In this document: positions 30,156-39,243 of the stretch, in pieces
How positions within the stretch are numbered: the first letter of the stretch is position 1
How the letters are laid out: each line of letters opens with the position of its first letter
Source: Candidatus Omnitrophota bacterium
Lineage (GTDB): Bacteria > Omnitrophota > Gorgyraeia > 2-01-FULL-45-10
Reading direction: 5' to 3'
Length of the DNA stretch: 64,000 nucleotides
Assembly (NCBI GenBank): GCA_020057115.1
Contig: JAGVGJ010000010.1
Coordinates: 615-64,614, forward strand
The notes under the pieces: model-generated
What the model was told of the DNA's origin: nothing
The model's database searches: none
The model's input: only the letters and a program-made list of their open reading frames with translations
Translations under genes and position numbers: made by a program

Positions 30156-32297
30156 ATGATAAAAAAATTTGAGATAGCCCTGGGGGATAATAACCTTATA
30201 ATCGAAACCGGCAGGATGGCGAAACAGGCCGATGGCGCAGTTACAGTGACCCTGGGCGGGACCGTGGTGCTGGTCACGGCCGTATCATCCGAACCAAGGC
30301 AAGGGATAGACTTTTTCCCGTTGACTTGCGAATACCAGGAGAAGACATACGCCTCCGGCAAGATACCGGGCGGGTTCTTTAAGAGAGAGGGACGGCCCAC
30401 GGAGAAAGAGATACTTTCGGCGCGCTTGATGGACAGGCCCGTAAGGCCGCTATTCCCCAAGGGATTTATAAACGAAGTGCAGCTCGTCGCCATCGTCCTG
30501 TCGAGCGATGGAGAAAATGATTCCGACGTTCTTGCCATGGTGGGCGCTTCGACAGCCCTTACCATATCAGACATACCTTTCGACGGCCCCATAGGCACGG
30601 TAAGGGTCGGGAGGATAGACGGAAAGTTCGTTGCAAACCCCACGTTCCAGCAGCTCGGGTCAAGCGACATAGATATCATCGTTACAGGCACGCGCAAAGC
30701 CGTGGTGATGGTCGAATCGGGTTCCAACGAGCTTAGCGAAGAGGTCATATTTGACGCGATAAAGTTCGGCCACGAAAATCTCCAGGTTATCATAGATCTC
30801 CAGGAGAAGATGCAGAAAGAGATCGGCAAGAAGAAGAAAGACGTGAAGCTTTTCATAGTAGACGAGGGCCTTCTCAATAAGGTCAAAGAGCTGGCGGTCG
30901 CCAGGCTGGCCGAGATCAACAGGATGAACACCAAAGAGCAGAGGGAAGAAGCGATAAGCATCCTCTCCAAAGAGATCGACGAGAAGCTTGTTACCGACGA
31001 TTCAGAGATCGAGGCGAAAGATGTGAAGGCGGCCCTCCTCGAAGTAGAGGAAGAAGAGGTAAGGAAATTCATCATCACCCAGAAGAAGAGGGTCGACGGA
31101 AGGAAGTTCGACGAGATAAGGCAAATAACCTGCGAAGTCGGGGTATTGCCGAGGACGCACGGTTCAGGGTTATTTACCCGCGGCCAGACGCAGAGCCTCT
31201 CCGTTACTACCCTGGGGACGAGCGCCGACGAGCAGATGATAGAGTCTCTCGAGGGCGAGCTCCAGAAGAGTTTCATGCTCCACTATAATTTCCCGTCTTT
31301 CTCGGTAGGCGAAGTAAGGCCGATGAGGGGACCGGGAAGGCGCGAGATAGGCCACGGCGCGCTTGCCGAGAGAGCGCTTAAAGCCGTCATGCCGTCCAAG
31401 GAGCAGTTCCCATATACCGTAAGGGTCGTTTCCGAGATACTTGAGTCGAACGGCTCATCCTCCATGGCTACCGTCTGCGCGAGCACTCTTTCGCTCATGG
31501 ATGCCGGCGTTCCGATAAAGGAGCCTGTGAGCGGCATAGCGATCGGCCTCATAACAGGAGGCCCGGAGCCGATAATACTCACGGATATCGGCGGCGTTGA
31601 GGACCATTTCGGCGACATGGATTTCAAGGCTGCAGGCACGAAGAACGGCGTTACGGCGCTCCAGATGGACCTCAAGGTCCAGGGTATCAGCATGGATACG
31701 ATAAAGAAGGCCCTCGAGGTAGCAAAGAAGGCCAGGCTCTTCATCCTTGATAAGATGGTCTCCACGATATCAAGGCCTAAAGAGGCCGTATCAACATTTG
31801 CCCCGCGCCTTGTCAGCATAAAGCTTCCCGAAGACAAGATCGGCACGGTCATAGGGCCGGGCGGAAAGATGATAAAGAAGATCATACAGGAGACAGGCGC
31901 CACGGTAGATATCTCAGATGACGGCATGTGCCAGGTCGCTTCTGTCGATTCAGCATCCGTAGATAAGGCCGTTGCAATGATAAGAGGCCTTATAGAGGAG
32001 CCGATCGTAGGTACTGTCTATAATGGCACGATAAAGCGCATCATGGCGTTCGGCGCTTTCTGCGAAATAATGCCGGGCAGGGAAGGGTTGATACATGTCT
32101 CCGAATTATCCGGCACGTTCGTCAAGAACGTTGAGGATGTCGTGAAACTCGGCGACAAGGTCACCGTGAAACTTTTTGAGATAGATGATCAGGGCCGCCT
32201 GAACTTATCGGTAAAGAGAGCTGACCCGAACTGGAAGCCGGAAGAGGGTGCGAGCGAACAGGGCGGTGGTGGGCGCGATTCGCGCCGTAGAAGATAG
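30156..32297 (+). CDS. pnp: Polyribonucleotide nucleotidyltransferase
   Basis: IPGGFFKREG, RRE.GHG, SNGSSSMA, GDMDFK, KH and S1 domains. Confidence 0.98.
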   Translation: MIKKFEIALGDNNLIIETGRMAKQADGAVTVTLGGTVVLVTAVSSEPRQGIDFFPLTCEYQEKTYASGKIPGGFFKREGRPTEKEILSARLMDRPVRPLFPKGFINEVQLVAIVLSSDGENDSDVLAMVGASTALTISDIPFDGPIGTVRVGRIDGKFVANPTFQQLGSSDIDIIVTGTRKAVVMVESGSNELSEEVIFDAIKFGHENLQVIIDLQEKMQKEIGKKKKDVKLFIVDEGLLNKVKELAVARLAEINRMNTKEQREEAISILSKEIDEKLVTDDSEIEAKDVKAALLEVEEEEVRKFIITQKKRVDGRKFDEIRQITCEVGVLPRTHGSGLFTRGQTQSLSVTTLGTSADEQMIESLEGELQKSFMLHYNFPSFSVGEVRPMRGPGRREIGHGALAERALKAVMPSKEQFPYTVRVVSEILESNGSSSMATVCASTLSLMDAGVPIKEPVSGIAIGLITGGPEPIILTDIGGVEDHFGDMDFKAAGTKNGVTALQMDLKVQGISMDTIKKALEVAKKARLFILDKMVSTISRPKEAVSTFAPRLVSIKLPEDKIGTVIGPGGKMIKKIIQETGATVDISDDGMCQVASVDSASVDKAVAMIRGLIEEPIVGTVYNGTIKRIMAFGAFCEIMPGREGLIHVSELSGTFVKNVEDVVKLGDKVTVKLFEIDDQGRLNLSVKRADPNWKPEEGASEQGGGGRDSRRRR

Positions 32298-32340
32298 TGG
32301 TTAATGTAGAGGCCGCGCCTCTGCAAATCTGGATTATTAC

Positions 32341-32790
32341 TTGGACAGTGTAAAGGTTCACCTTAAGAGAAAAGAAGGTTGCGAGGACCTGCCGCTTCCT
32401 AAATACGCCACGAACGGGTCGAGCGGGATGGACCTGTGCGCCGACGTAGAAGATGAAGCGATAATATTGCCAGGCGAGATAAAGCTTATCTCGGCTGGCA
32501 TTTATTTAAGTATTCCTCAGGGATACGAAGCCGAGATCCGCCCGCGTTCGGGGCTTGCGCTAAAGCACGGCATAAGCCTGGTGAACGCGCCAGGCACCAT
32601 AGATTCGGATTACCGCGGGTTATTGAGCGTGATCATGATAAACCACGGCAAAGAGCCCTTTAGGATAAAGCGAGGCGACAGGATAGCCCAGATGGTCATA
32701 AAGAAAGTGATAAGGGCTGACATAGAAGTCATGCCTGAGCTCGACGATACCGTAAGGTCGCACGGCGGTTTCGGCCATACCGGAAAGTGA
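32341..32790 (+). CDS. dut: dUTP diphosphatase
   Basis: GMDL, RPRSGLA, GTIDSDYRG, RIAQ, GGFGHTG. Confidence 0.97.
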   Translation: MDSVKVHLKRKEGCEDLPLPKYATNGSSGMDLCADVEDEAIILPGEIKLISAGIYLSIPQGYEAEIRPRSGLALKHGISLVNAPGTIDSDYRGLLSVIMINHGKEPFRIKRGDRIAQMVIKKVIRADIEVMPELDDTVRSHGGFGHTGK

Positions 32791-32794
32791 CAGG

Positions 32795-33568
32795 ATGTCT
32801 ATAGTCGAAGCAGTAGTGTTAGGCGTTATTCAGGGTATCACGGAGTTCTTTCCCATTTCAAGTTCCGGACATCTTGTGATATTCCAGGGTCTGTTCGGGA
32901 TCAAAGAACCGCGGATCGCATTCGACATATTCCTGCATCTGGGCACTTTGGTCTCGATATTGTTATTCTTCTATAAAGACATACTCGCGCTCTTTAACAA
33001 AGAGAGAAAAACGCTCCTTTTTTTGGTAATAGCTTCAGTGCCGACATTCATAATAGCGCTTTTGTTTAAAGATGCGGTCGAGAATGCTTTCGGCGCGCCC
33101 AGGTTCGTCGGGTTCATGCTTCTGGTCACCGGGATATGGTTATTTATCTCAAGCGCTCTCTCGTTTTACTATGGCAAAAAAGGCTCAAGAAAAGAGCTAG
33201 GGTTTATCAGCTCTATTATGATAGGGATAGCGCAGGGGATAGCGATATTGCCTGGCATATCAAGAAGCGGCGCTACTATCGGCGCCGGCCTGGCCGCGGG
33301 GCTCGAGAAAGAGAAGGCCTTCAGGTTCGCGTTCCTTCTGGCGATACCGGCGATACTGGGAGCGAGCGTTTTTAAGGCGCGCGACATAACGGCCAGTTTG
33401 ACAGGAAGCGAGATGGTGTATTTTGCGGCAGGCGGGCTTGCCGCCATGTTGACAGGGCTTGCCGCCATAAAGATGCTTTTAAATATAATAAGAAGAGACA
33501 GGCTTTACATATTCGGCATATACTGTCTTATCGCCGGCGCGTGCGTGGTCTTTTTCTATAAAGGATGA
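32795..33568 (+). CDS. uppP: Undecaprenyl-diphosphate phosphatase
   Basis: QGITEFFPISSSGH, PGISRSG. Confidence 0.95.
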   Translation: MSIVEAVVLGVIQGITEFFPISSSGHLVIFQGLFGIKEPRIAFDIFLHLGTLVSILLFFYKDILALFNKERKTLLFLVIASVPTFIIALLFKDAVENAFGAPRFVGFMLLVTGIWLFISSALSFYYGKKGSRKELGFISSIMIGIAQGIAILPGISRSGATIGAGLAAGLEKEKAFRFAFLLAIPAILGASVFKARDITASLTGSEMVYFAAGGLAAMLTGLAAIKMLLNIIRRDRLYIFGIYCLIAGACVVFFYKG

Positions 33569-33572
33569 TATC

Positions 33573-35882
33573 ATGGCAAGAATACAGGAAGAGAAGACGA
33601 ACAGATGGAATGAGATACAGGCTGTAATACTCTTTGCCATAGTCATACTTATGTTCATAAGCCTGGCATCATTCGATTTCGCGGACCTGTCGATATTCAC
33701 GTCCAGGATAAATGCGCCCGCCAGGAATTTCGCGGGGCTCGTAGGGGCGTATCTCGGAGCCGCGCTATTCTTCGTTATGGGGATGAGCGCTTACGTGATG
33801 CCGCTATTGGTATTGAGCTGGGCCATAGCAAGGTTCTACGGCGTGACGCCGCAGAAGCTCTACTTCAAAGCATTCGGCACATTCTTCCTGATACTCGCTT
33901 CCAGCGCGATGTTCTCGATAATAGCCGTAGGCGACAATGCGTACCGTTTCCGCCTGGGAGGGATGCTCGGCCTCATATTCTCCGACTTTTTAATAAAATA
34001 TCTGGGCTACGCCGGATCGATGGTGGTCATAGGAGTCCTATTTTTACTGTCAGTCCTTCTTGCGACGGAATTCCTGCTCCTTCCGTTCTTGTCAGGCATA
34101 TTCAACAGGGTCAGGAATATCTCCGAAGATGTAGTCGAGCGGATGCCGAAGCCCAAAGAATCTACCAGGGTCGCAGTCAAGAGGCCTGTCACGGCGAACG
34201 TAAAGACTGAAGACAGATCCAACGGGTCCCTAAAGACCGAGAAGCCGAAGCTTCCGGACAAGCCGGTCAAGATAAATATCCCAGACATGAAGAAAGAGCC
34301 CGTGGCGCCGCCCAAGCCGGGCGTGAAAACGAACCTTCCTGCGCCTGTAACAAATGCGGCGGTCATCAATAAGCCGCAGGTGATCACGCCGGCCAAAGAA
34401 CCTGCCGCGGCCCGTAAGGCGCCGCCGGAGCTAAGCGAGTATAAGCTTCCGAGCATCAACCTGCTCCAGTCTCCGCCGGTTTCGGACACAAGAGTGGCAA
34501 AAGAAGATTTTAGCGCAAATGCCGCTACTCTCGAAGAGACGCTGGCAAGCTTCGGCATAGAGGCCAAGGTCATCGAGATAAGCCAGGGCCCTGTCGTGAC
34601 ATTGTATGAACTTGAGCCGGCGCCCGGAGTCAGGGTGCAAAGCGTCATGTCATTGTCGGACAATATAGCGCTTGCTATGAAAGCCGTATCCGTAAGGATA
34701 ATAGCGCCGGTCCCGGGCAAGGGCACGATAGGCGTGGAAGTGCCGAATGCCAAAGCCTCGCTAGTTTACCTTAAAGAGATCGTGGCATCAAAGGAATATG
34801 CCGAGCACACCGGTAAATTGAAGCTCGCGCTGGGCAAGGACATAGCCGGGAAACCGGTCATAGCGGACCTCGCCAAGATGCCGCATCTTTTGATCGCCGG
34901 CACTACGGGATCCGGAAAGAGCGTGTGCATCAACGCGGTCCTGACATCGCTCCTGTTGTCGTATTCGCCCGACGAATTGAAGTTCATCATGGTAGACCCT
35001 AAAAAAGTAGAGCTGTCGAATTTCAACGGCTTGCCGCACCTCTTGGCGCCGGTAGTGACGGATTCAAAGAAGGCTGCCGCGGTGCTTGAATGGGTCATCG
35101 GCGAAATGTCTAACAGGTTCGAGCTCCTCGCCGCTGCGGGAACGAAGAATATAGAGATATACAATGAGAAGGCCTCCAAGGGGACGGAGCCTAAGCTTCC
35201 GTACATGATAATAGTCCTGGATGAACTCGCCGATCTCATGGTCGTTGCGCAGGCCGAGGTCGAAGGCGTGATACAGAGGATAACGCAGCTTGCAAGAGCC
35301 GTCGGCATACATATGATAATAGCCACGCAGAGGCCTTCGGTCGACGTCATAACCGGCGTCATAAAGGCGAATCTGCCGGCGAGGATAGCGTTCAAGGTCG
35401 CTTCGAAGGTCGATTCGCGCACGATCCTGGACGATAACGGCGCCGATAAGCTGCTGGGCAAGGGCGACATGCTGTTCATAGAGCCCGGGTCGGAGAAACC
35501 GATGCGCGCGCAATGCAGCCTCATCGGGGAAAAAGAGATCGAGGCGATAACCGATTTCATAAAAAGCCAGCGGGAACCCAACTACATAGCCGAACTTGTA
35601 GAAGTGGATTCGAAAAGGGGCTCGTTCAAGAAATTCGACAAGGATGAGGTCTATGAAGAAGCGGTCAGGATGATACTCGAATCGAGGCAGGCCTCGGTTT
35701 CGGTCTTGCAAAGGCGCCTAGGGTTGGGATATACTAGAGCGGCAAGGCTCATAGACATGATGGAGGACGAGGGCATCGTGGGGCCGTATCAGGGCTCAAA
35801 GCCCCGGGACCTTTTAACTACGCTAGAGGAGTACCAGTCAAGAAGTGGAACAGCCGAATCCCCAGCAGATACAAGCAAGTAG
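33573..35882 (+). CDS. ftsK: DNA translocase FtsK
   Basis: N-terminal TMs, HLLIAGTTGSGKS, DELAD, ATQRPS, gamma domain LQRRLGLGYTRAAR. Confidence 0.97.
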   Translation: MARIQEEKTNRWNEIQAVILFAIVILMFISLASFDFADLSIFTSRINAPARNFAGLVGAYLGAALFFVMGMSAYVMPLLVLSWAIARFYGVTPQKLYFKAFGTFFLILASSAMFSIIAVGDNAYRFRLGGMLGLIFSDFLIKYLGYAGSMVVIGVLFLLSVLLATEFLLLPFLSGIFNRVRNISEDVVERMPKPKESTRVAVKRPVTANVKTEDRSNGSLKTEKPKLPDKPVKINIPDMKKEPVAPPKPGVKTNLPAPVTNAAVINKPQVITPAKEPAAARKAPPELSEYKLPSINLLQSPPVSDTRVAKEDFSANAATLEETLASFGIEAKVIEISQGPVVTLYELEPAPGVRVQSVMSLSDNIALAMKAVSVRIIAPVPGKGTIGVEVPNAKASLVYLKEIVASKEYAEHTGKLKLALGKDIAGKPVIADLAKMPHLLIAGTTGSGKSVCINAVLTSLLLSYSPDELKFIMVDPKKVELSNFNGLPHLLAPVVTDSKKAAAVLEWVIGEMSNRFELLAAAGTKNIEIYNEKASKGTEPKLPYMIIVLDELADLMVVAQAEVEGVIQRITQLARAVGIHMIIATQRPSVDVITGVIKANLPARIAFKVASKVDSRTILDDNGADKLLGKGDMLFIEPGSEKPMRAQCSLIGEKEIEAITDFIKSQREPNYIAELVEVDSKRGSFKKFDKDEVYEEAVRMILESRQASVSVLQRRLGLGYTRAARLIDMMEDEGIVGPYQGSKPRDLLTTLEEYQSRSGTAESPADTSK

Positions 35883-35889
35883 AGTGGTC

Positions 35890-36765
35890 ATGCAGACCAT
35901 AGGCCACATGCTTAAGAAGACCAGGGAGTCGAAGTCTCTTACCGTCGACCAGGTCAACAAGAAGACGCGCATACACGCCGACGTCCTCGTCGCGCTTGAA
36001 GAGGGCTCGTGTGACCAGATACTGAGCTACACCTACGTAAAGAGCTTCCTGAAAAAATACTGCGATTTTCTGGGGCTAAACCCCGCGGAGATACTCCAGG
36101 GATATCCCGTGGCCCGTCAGGAGAAGATGTCCGACAGGCCCGTCCATCCGAAACCGGTGGAAGTAAACAGGACCGAGCCGGTCTCACCGGACAAGAAGCC
36201 TGTCGTCGCGGTATCCCGCCAGGAGGTGGAGGCGGCCAGGAGGGATCAGGCGTACGGCTTGCGCCCGGAGACCATAGTCAAATTCATATATGTCGCGACT
36301 TCGGTCATTCTTGCAGTATTGCTCATCTTCGCGGTCGGATTCATAGGAAAGAAGATAGCCGGCGCATTCAATAAGAAAAAGCCCAAGATAGTTTATACGA
36401 TAAAAAATAAGAGCGCGGCCCCTAAAAAGAAGGCTGCTGCCAAGCCGGCACCGGCGCCGCAAAAAACTGCCGCGGCCGTGAAAGACGAGACCTCCAAAGA
36501 GGCCGCCGCGAAGAGCGCGCCTATCACAGTCTCTATAAAGACGAAGCGCTCGGTCCTCGTCAAAGTGAAAAATGACGGCGTCCTGATAATGGAGAGGGTC
36601 CTGCCGAAAGGCGCGCACGAATCTTTCAAGGCGCAGGAAAAGATAGACCTCTATGTCGCCAGAGCCGAAGCGGTGGAAGTATCCTTGAACGGCAATCTTC
36701 TCGCGTCGCCTGGAAAAGGCATCAAGAATCTTGAGATAACCAGAAAAGGGATGAGGGCGCGCTAA
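35890..36765 (+). CDS. rodZ: RodZ-like HTH/DUF4115 membrane protein
   Basis: N-terminal HTH (LKKTRE..ALEEG..Y...LGL), single TM, C-terminal beta domain; lies between ftsK and rimO. Confidence 0.8.
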   Translation: MQTIGHMLKKTRESKSLTVDQVNKKTRIHADVLVALEEGSCDQILSYTYVKSFLKKYCDFLGLNPAEILQGYPVARQEKMSDRPVHPKPVEVNRTEPVSPDKKPVVAVSRQEVEAARRDQAYGLRPETIVKFIYVATSVILAVLLIFAVGFIGKKIAGAFNKKKPKIVYTIKNKSAAPKKKAAAKPAPAPQKTAAAVKDETSKEAAAKSAPITVSIKTKRSVLVKVKNDGVLIMERVLPKGAHESFKAQEKIDLYVARAEAVEVSLNGNLLASPGKGIKNLEITRKGMRAR

Positions 36766-36780
36766 CCCCTTAAGCTCCCC

Positions 36781-38115
36781 ATGCCGAAAGTCGCCATAAC
36801 AAGCCTCGGTTGTCCAAGGAATCTCGTAGACTCCGAAGTCCTCCTCGGTACCCTTAAAAGACACGGTTACACCGTATCCGGCGCTGATAAGAACCCGGAT
36901 CTTTTGGTGATAAACACCTGTTCCTTCATCCAGTCGGCCCGCGAAGAATCCGTGGACGCCATAATGGAAGCCGCCAACCTTAAGAGAGAGGGGAAGGTCG
37001 GGCGCATCGTGGTCTGCGGTTGCCTGCCCCAGCTGTATAAAGGCAAACTTCTAGACGAACTTCCTGAAGTGGACGCTGTTTTCGGAACGAGCGATTTTGC
37101 GAAACTGTCGTCCTATCTTAAAAAGATAGAGCGCGGAGCAAGACACGAGGTCGTATCGAAAAAAGTCGACTACCTGTATGATGATAGTTCTCCGCGAGCG
37201 CTATTAACACCGAAACACTACGCATATATAAAAGTATCGGAAGGCTGCGACAATTTCTGCAGTTACTGCATAATCTCCCGCCTGCGCGGCCGCCTGAGGT
37301 CCAGGACGGTCGAATCTGTCTTGAAAGAGATAAAAAATGTGTCTCGCTCCGGATCCGTAAAAGAGCTCGAGATCGTCGGCCAGGACACCACGCTATTCGG
37401 CAAGGATAATTACGGAAGACCCATGCTGGCCGAGCTTTTAAAGAGGGCCTCATGCCTCAAGAACAGCGTCGAGTGGATAAGGGTGCTCTATACGCATCCC
37501 GCGCATTATACGGACGAACTTATCGATACAATAGCAGGCGAAGATAAGATCTGCAAGTATCTGGACATCCCCATACAGCATGCGAGCGACAGGATGCTTA
37601 AAAACATGAACAGAAAGACGAAAAAAAGAGATATAATGGACCTGATCGAAAAGTTGAGGGCGCGCATCCCGGGCATAGTCTTAAGGACGTCTGTCATTGT
37701 GGGATTCCCGGGTGAGACGGATAAGGACCTCAAAGAGCTTTTAGATCTTATTAAGGAAGTGAAGTTCCAGCGGCTTGGCGCTTTCAGCTATTCTAAAGAG
37801 GATGGTACCCCTGCATCTAAGATGCGCCCGCAGGTGCCGGAGAAAGTGAAACTACAGCGCCTCGACGAGGTCATGAGGGCCCAGCAGAAGATATCAGAAG
37901 CATATAACGCCTCTCTCGCAGGCAAGACCCTGAAGGTCCTAATAGATGAAAAGGTCGAAGGCGAACGAGGCGAGTTTTTAGGCAGGACAGAAAGCGACGC
38001 TCCCGAGATAGACGGCATAGTCTATGTGGCCGGCAAGGGCCTGAAGACAGGGCGTTTTTATGATGTCAAGATAACGGATTCTTTAGAATACGACCTGGTA
38101 GGAGAGGCTGTATGA
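36781..38115 (+). CDS. rimO: Ribosomal protein S12 methylthiotransferase RimO
   Basis: SLGCPRNLVDSE, NTCSFI, EGCDNFCSYC, DAPEIDG. Confidence 0.96.
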   Translation: MPKVAITSLGCPRNLVDSEVLLGTLKRHGYTVSGADKNPDLLVINTCSFIQSAREESVDAIMEAANLKREGKVGRIVVCGCLPQLYKGKLLDELPEVDAVFGTSDFAKLSSYLKKIERGARHEVVSKKVDYLYDDSSPRALLTPKHYAYIKVSEGCDNFCSYCIISRLRGRLRSRTVESVLKEIKNVSRSGSVKELEIVGQDTTLFGKDNYGRPMLAELLKRASCLKNSVEWIRVLYTHPAHYTDELIDTIAGEDKICKYLDIPIQHASDRMLKNMNRKTKKRDIMDLIEKLRARIPGIVLRTSVIVGFPGETDKDLKELLDLIKEVKFQRLGAFSYSKEDGTPASKMRPQVPEKVKLQRLDEVMRAQQKISEAYNASLAGKTLKVLIDEKVEGERGEFLGRTESDAPEIDGIVYVAGKGLKTGRFYDVKITDSLEYDLVGEAV

Positions 38116-38702
38116 CGCTTCCCGACAAACTGACGATATCGAGGATATTCCTGACATTCGTATTCATGTTTTTTCTCTTCTGCGGCGGCGTTCTTGCGAA
38201 ATCACTCGCGCTCTTCACGTTCCTGATAGCCTCGTTCACAGATTTTCTAGACGGATTTATCGCAAGGGAGCAGAATATCTCCACCGATTTCGGGAAGCTC
38301 ATGGACCCGATAGCCGACAAAATACTCATACTTGCGGCATTCATGGCATTTGTGGAGTTAAAGCTCGTGCCTGCCTGGATGGTGGTCATTATAATGCTCA
38401 GGGAGATAACGATAACCGGCTTAAGGCTCTTCAGCCTCACGAAGGGCAAGGTGATACCCGCGGATATCGGCGGAAAGCAGAAGATGGTATCCCAGGTCGC
38501 TTCAATACTGGCGATACTCATATTCCTCATATTAAGGGAGGCTGGCATCAAGGTCTTCGGTTTCTGGACAGACAGGACAGAGATGATATACAAGGATACG
38601 ATATTTGCGCTCATGCTTGTCACGACCGCCCTTACCGTCATAAGCGGCGTCGGGTATCTGGTAAAGAACAGGGACGTATATTTCAATGCAAAGCATCATT
38701 AA
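38112..38702 (+). CDS. pgsA: CDP-diacylglycerol--glycerol-3-phosphate 3-phosphatidyltransferase
   Basis: TDFLDGFIAR..FGKLMDPIADK, REITITGLR. Confidence 0.95.
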   Translation: MTLPDKLTISRIFLTFVFMFFLFCGGVLAKSLALFTFLIASFTDFLDGFIAREQNISTDFGKLMDPIADKILILAAFMAFVELKLVPAWMVVIIMLREITITGLRLFSLTKGKVIPADIGGKQKMVSQVASILAILIFLILREAGIKVFGFWTDRTEMIYKDTIFALMLVTTALTVISGVGYLVKNRDVYFNAKHH

Positions 38703-39138
38703 ATTTGTCACGAGTTTTCTTTATATCGGATATGCGCCGGTCGCTCCCGGGACATTCGGGAGCATAGGCGGGCTCGCGGTCTATCTTCTCGTAAAAGATA
38801 GCGCGGCCCTTTATGCGATATCATTTATCGCCATATTCGCACTTGGGATGGCATTTTCAGGAGAGGCAGAGAACCTCTTTAAGAGGAAGGACGCCGGGCA
38901 GATAGTTATCGACGAGGCCTGCGGCATGATGTTATCCCTGGCATTTTTACCATGCAAGCTATGGATAATAGTTGCAGGATTTTTACTCTTCAGGTTATTC
39001 GATATAATAAAACCTCCACCCATCAAAAGCCTTGAAAAACTTTCTGGATCTCTGGGCATAATGTTAGACGATATAATTGCAGCATTATATACAAATATCA
39101 TTCTCCAAATAATAGTTAAAATACAAAAAAGCTTGTAG
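38686..39138 (+). CDS. pgpA: Phosphatidylglycerophosphatase A
   Basis: APGTFGS, IVIDE, FRLFDIIKP, GIMLDD. Confidence 0.95.
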   Translation: MQSIIKFVTSFLYIGYAPVAPGTFGSIGGLAVYLLVKDSAALYAISFIAIFALGMAFSGEAENLFKRKDAGQIVIDEACGMMLSLAFLPCKLWIIVAGFLLFRLFDIIKPPPIKSLEKLSGSLGIMLDDIIAALYTNIILQIIVKIQKSL

Positions 39139-39145
39139 CATTGAC

Positions 39146-39174
39146 TTGACATTCCCTGTCAATCATGGTATATT
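39146..39174 (+). promoter_or_regulatory. Promoter of the giant gene with a palindrome over the -35 box
   Basis: TTGACA-N17-TATATT; TTGACA-TTCCC-TGTCAA at 39146-39162. Confidence 0.65.
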
Positions 39175-39243
39175 TTAGCTTATATTTACTAGGATATATT
39201 TATATTCTAGTTTTTTTAATCCACAAACGTTAAAAGAACAAAA

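Noticed and set aside
30065-31927. Long antisense ORFs (403 aa and 214 aa opposite pnp; similar ones opposite DUF362, ftsK and the giant gene)
   Set aside because: Shadow frames of well-supported genes, with no recognisable motifs
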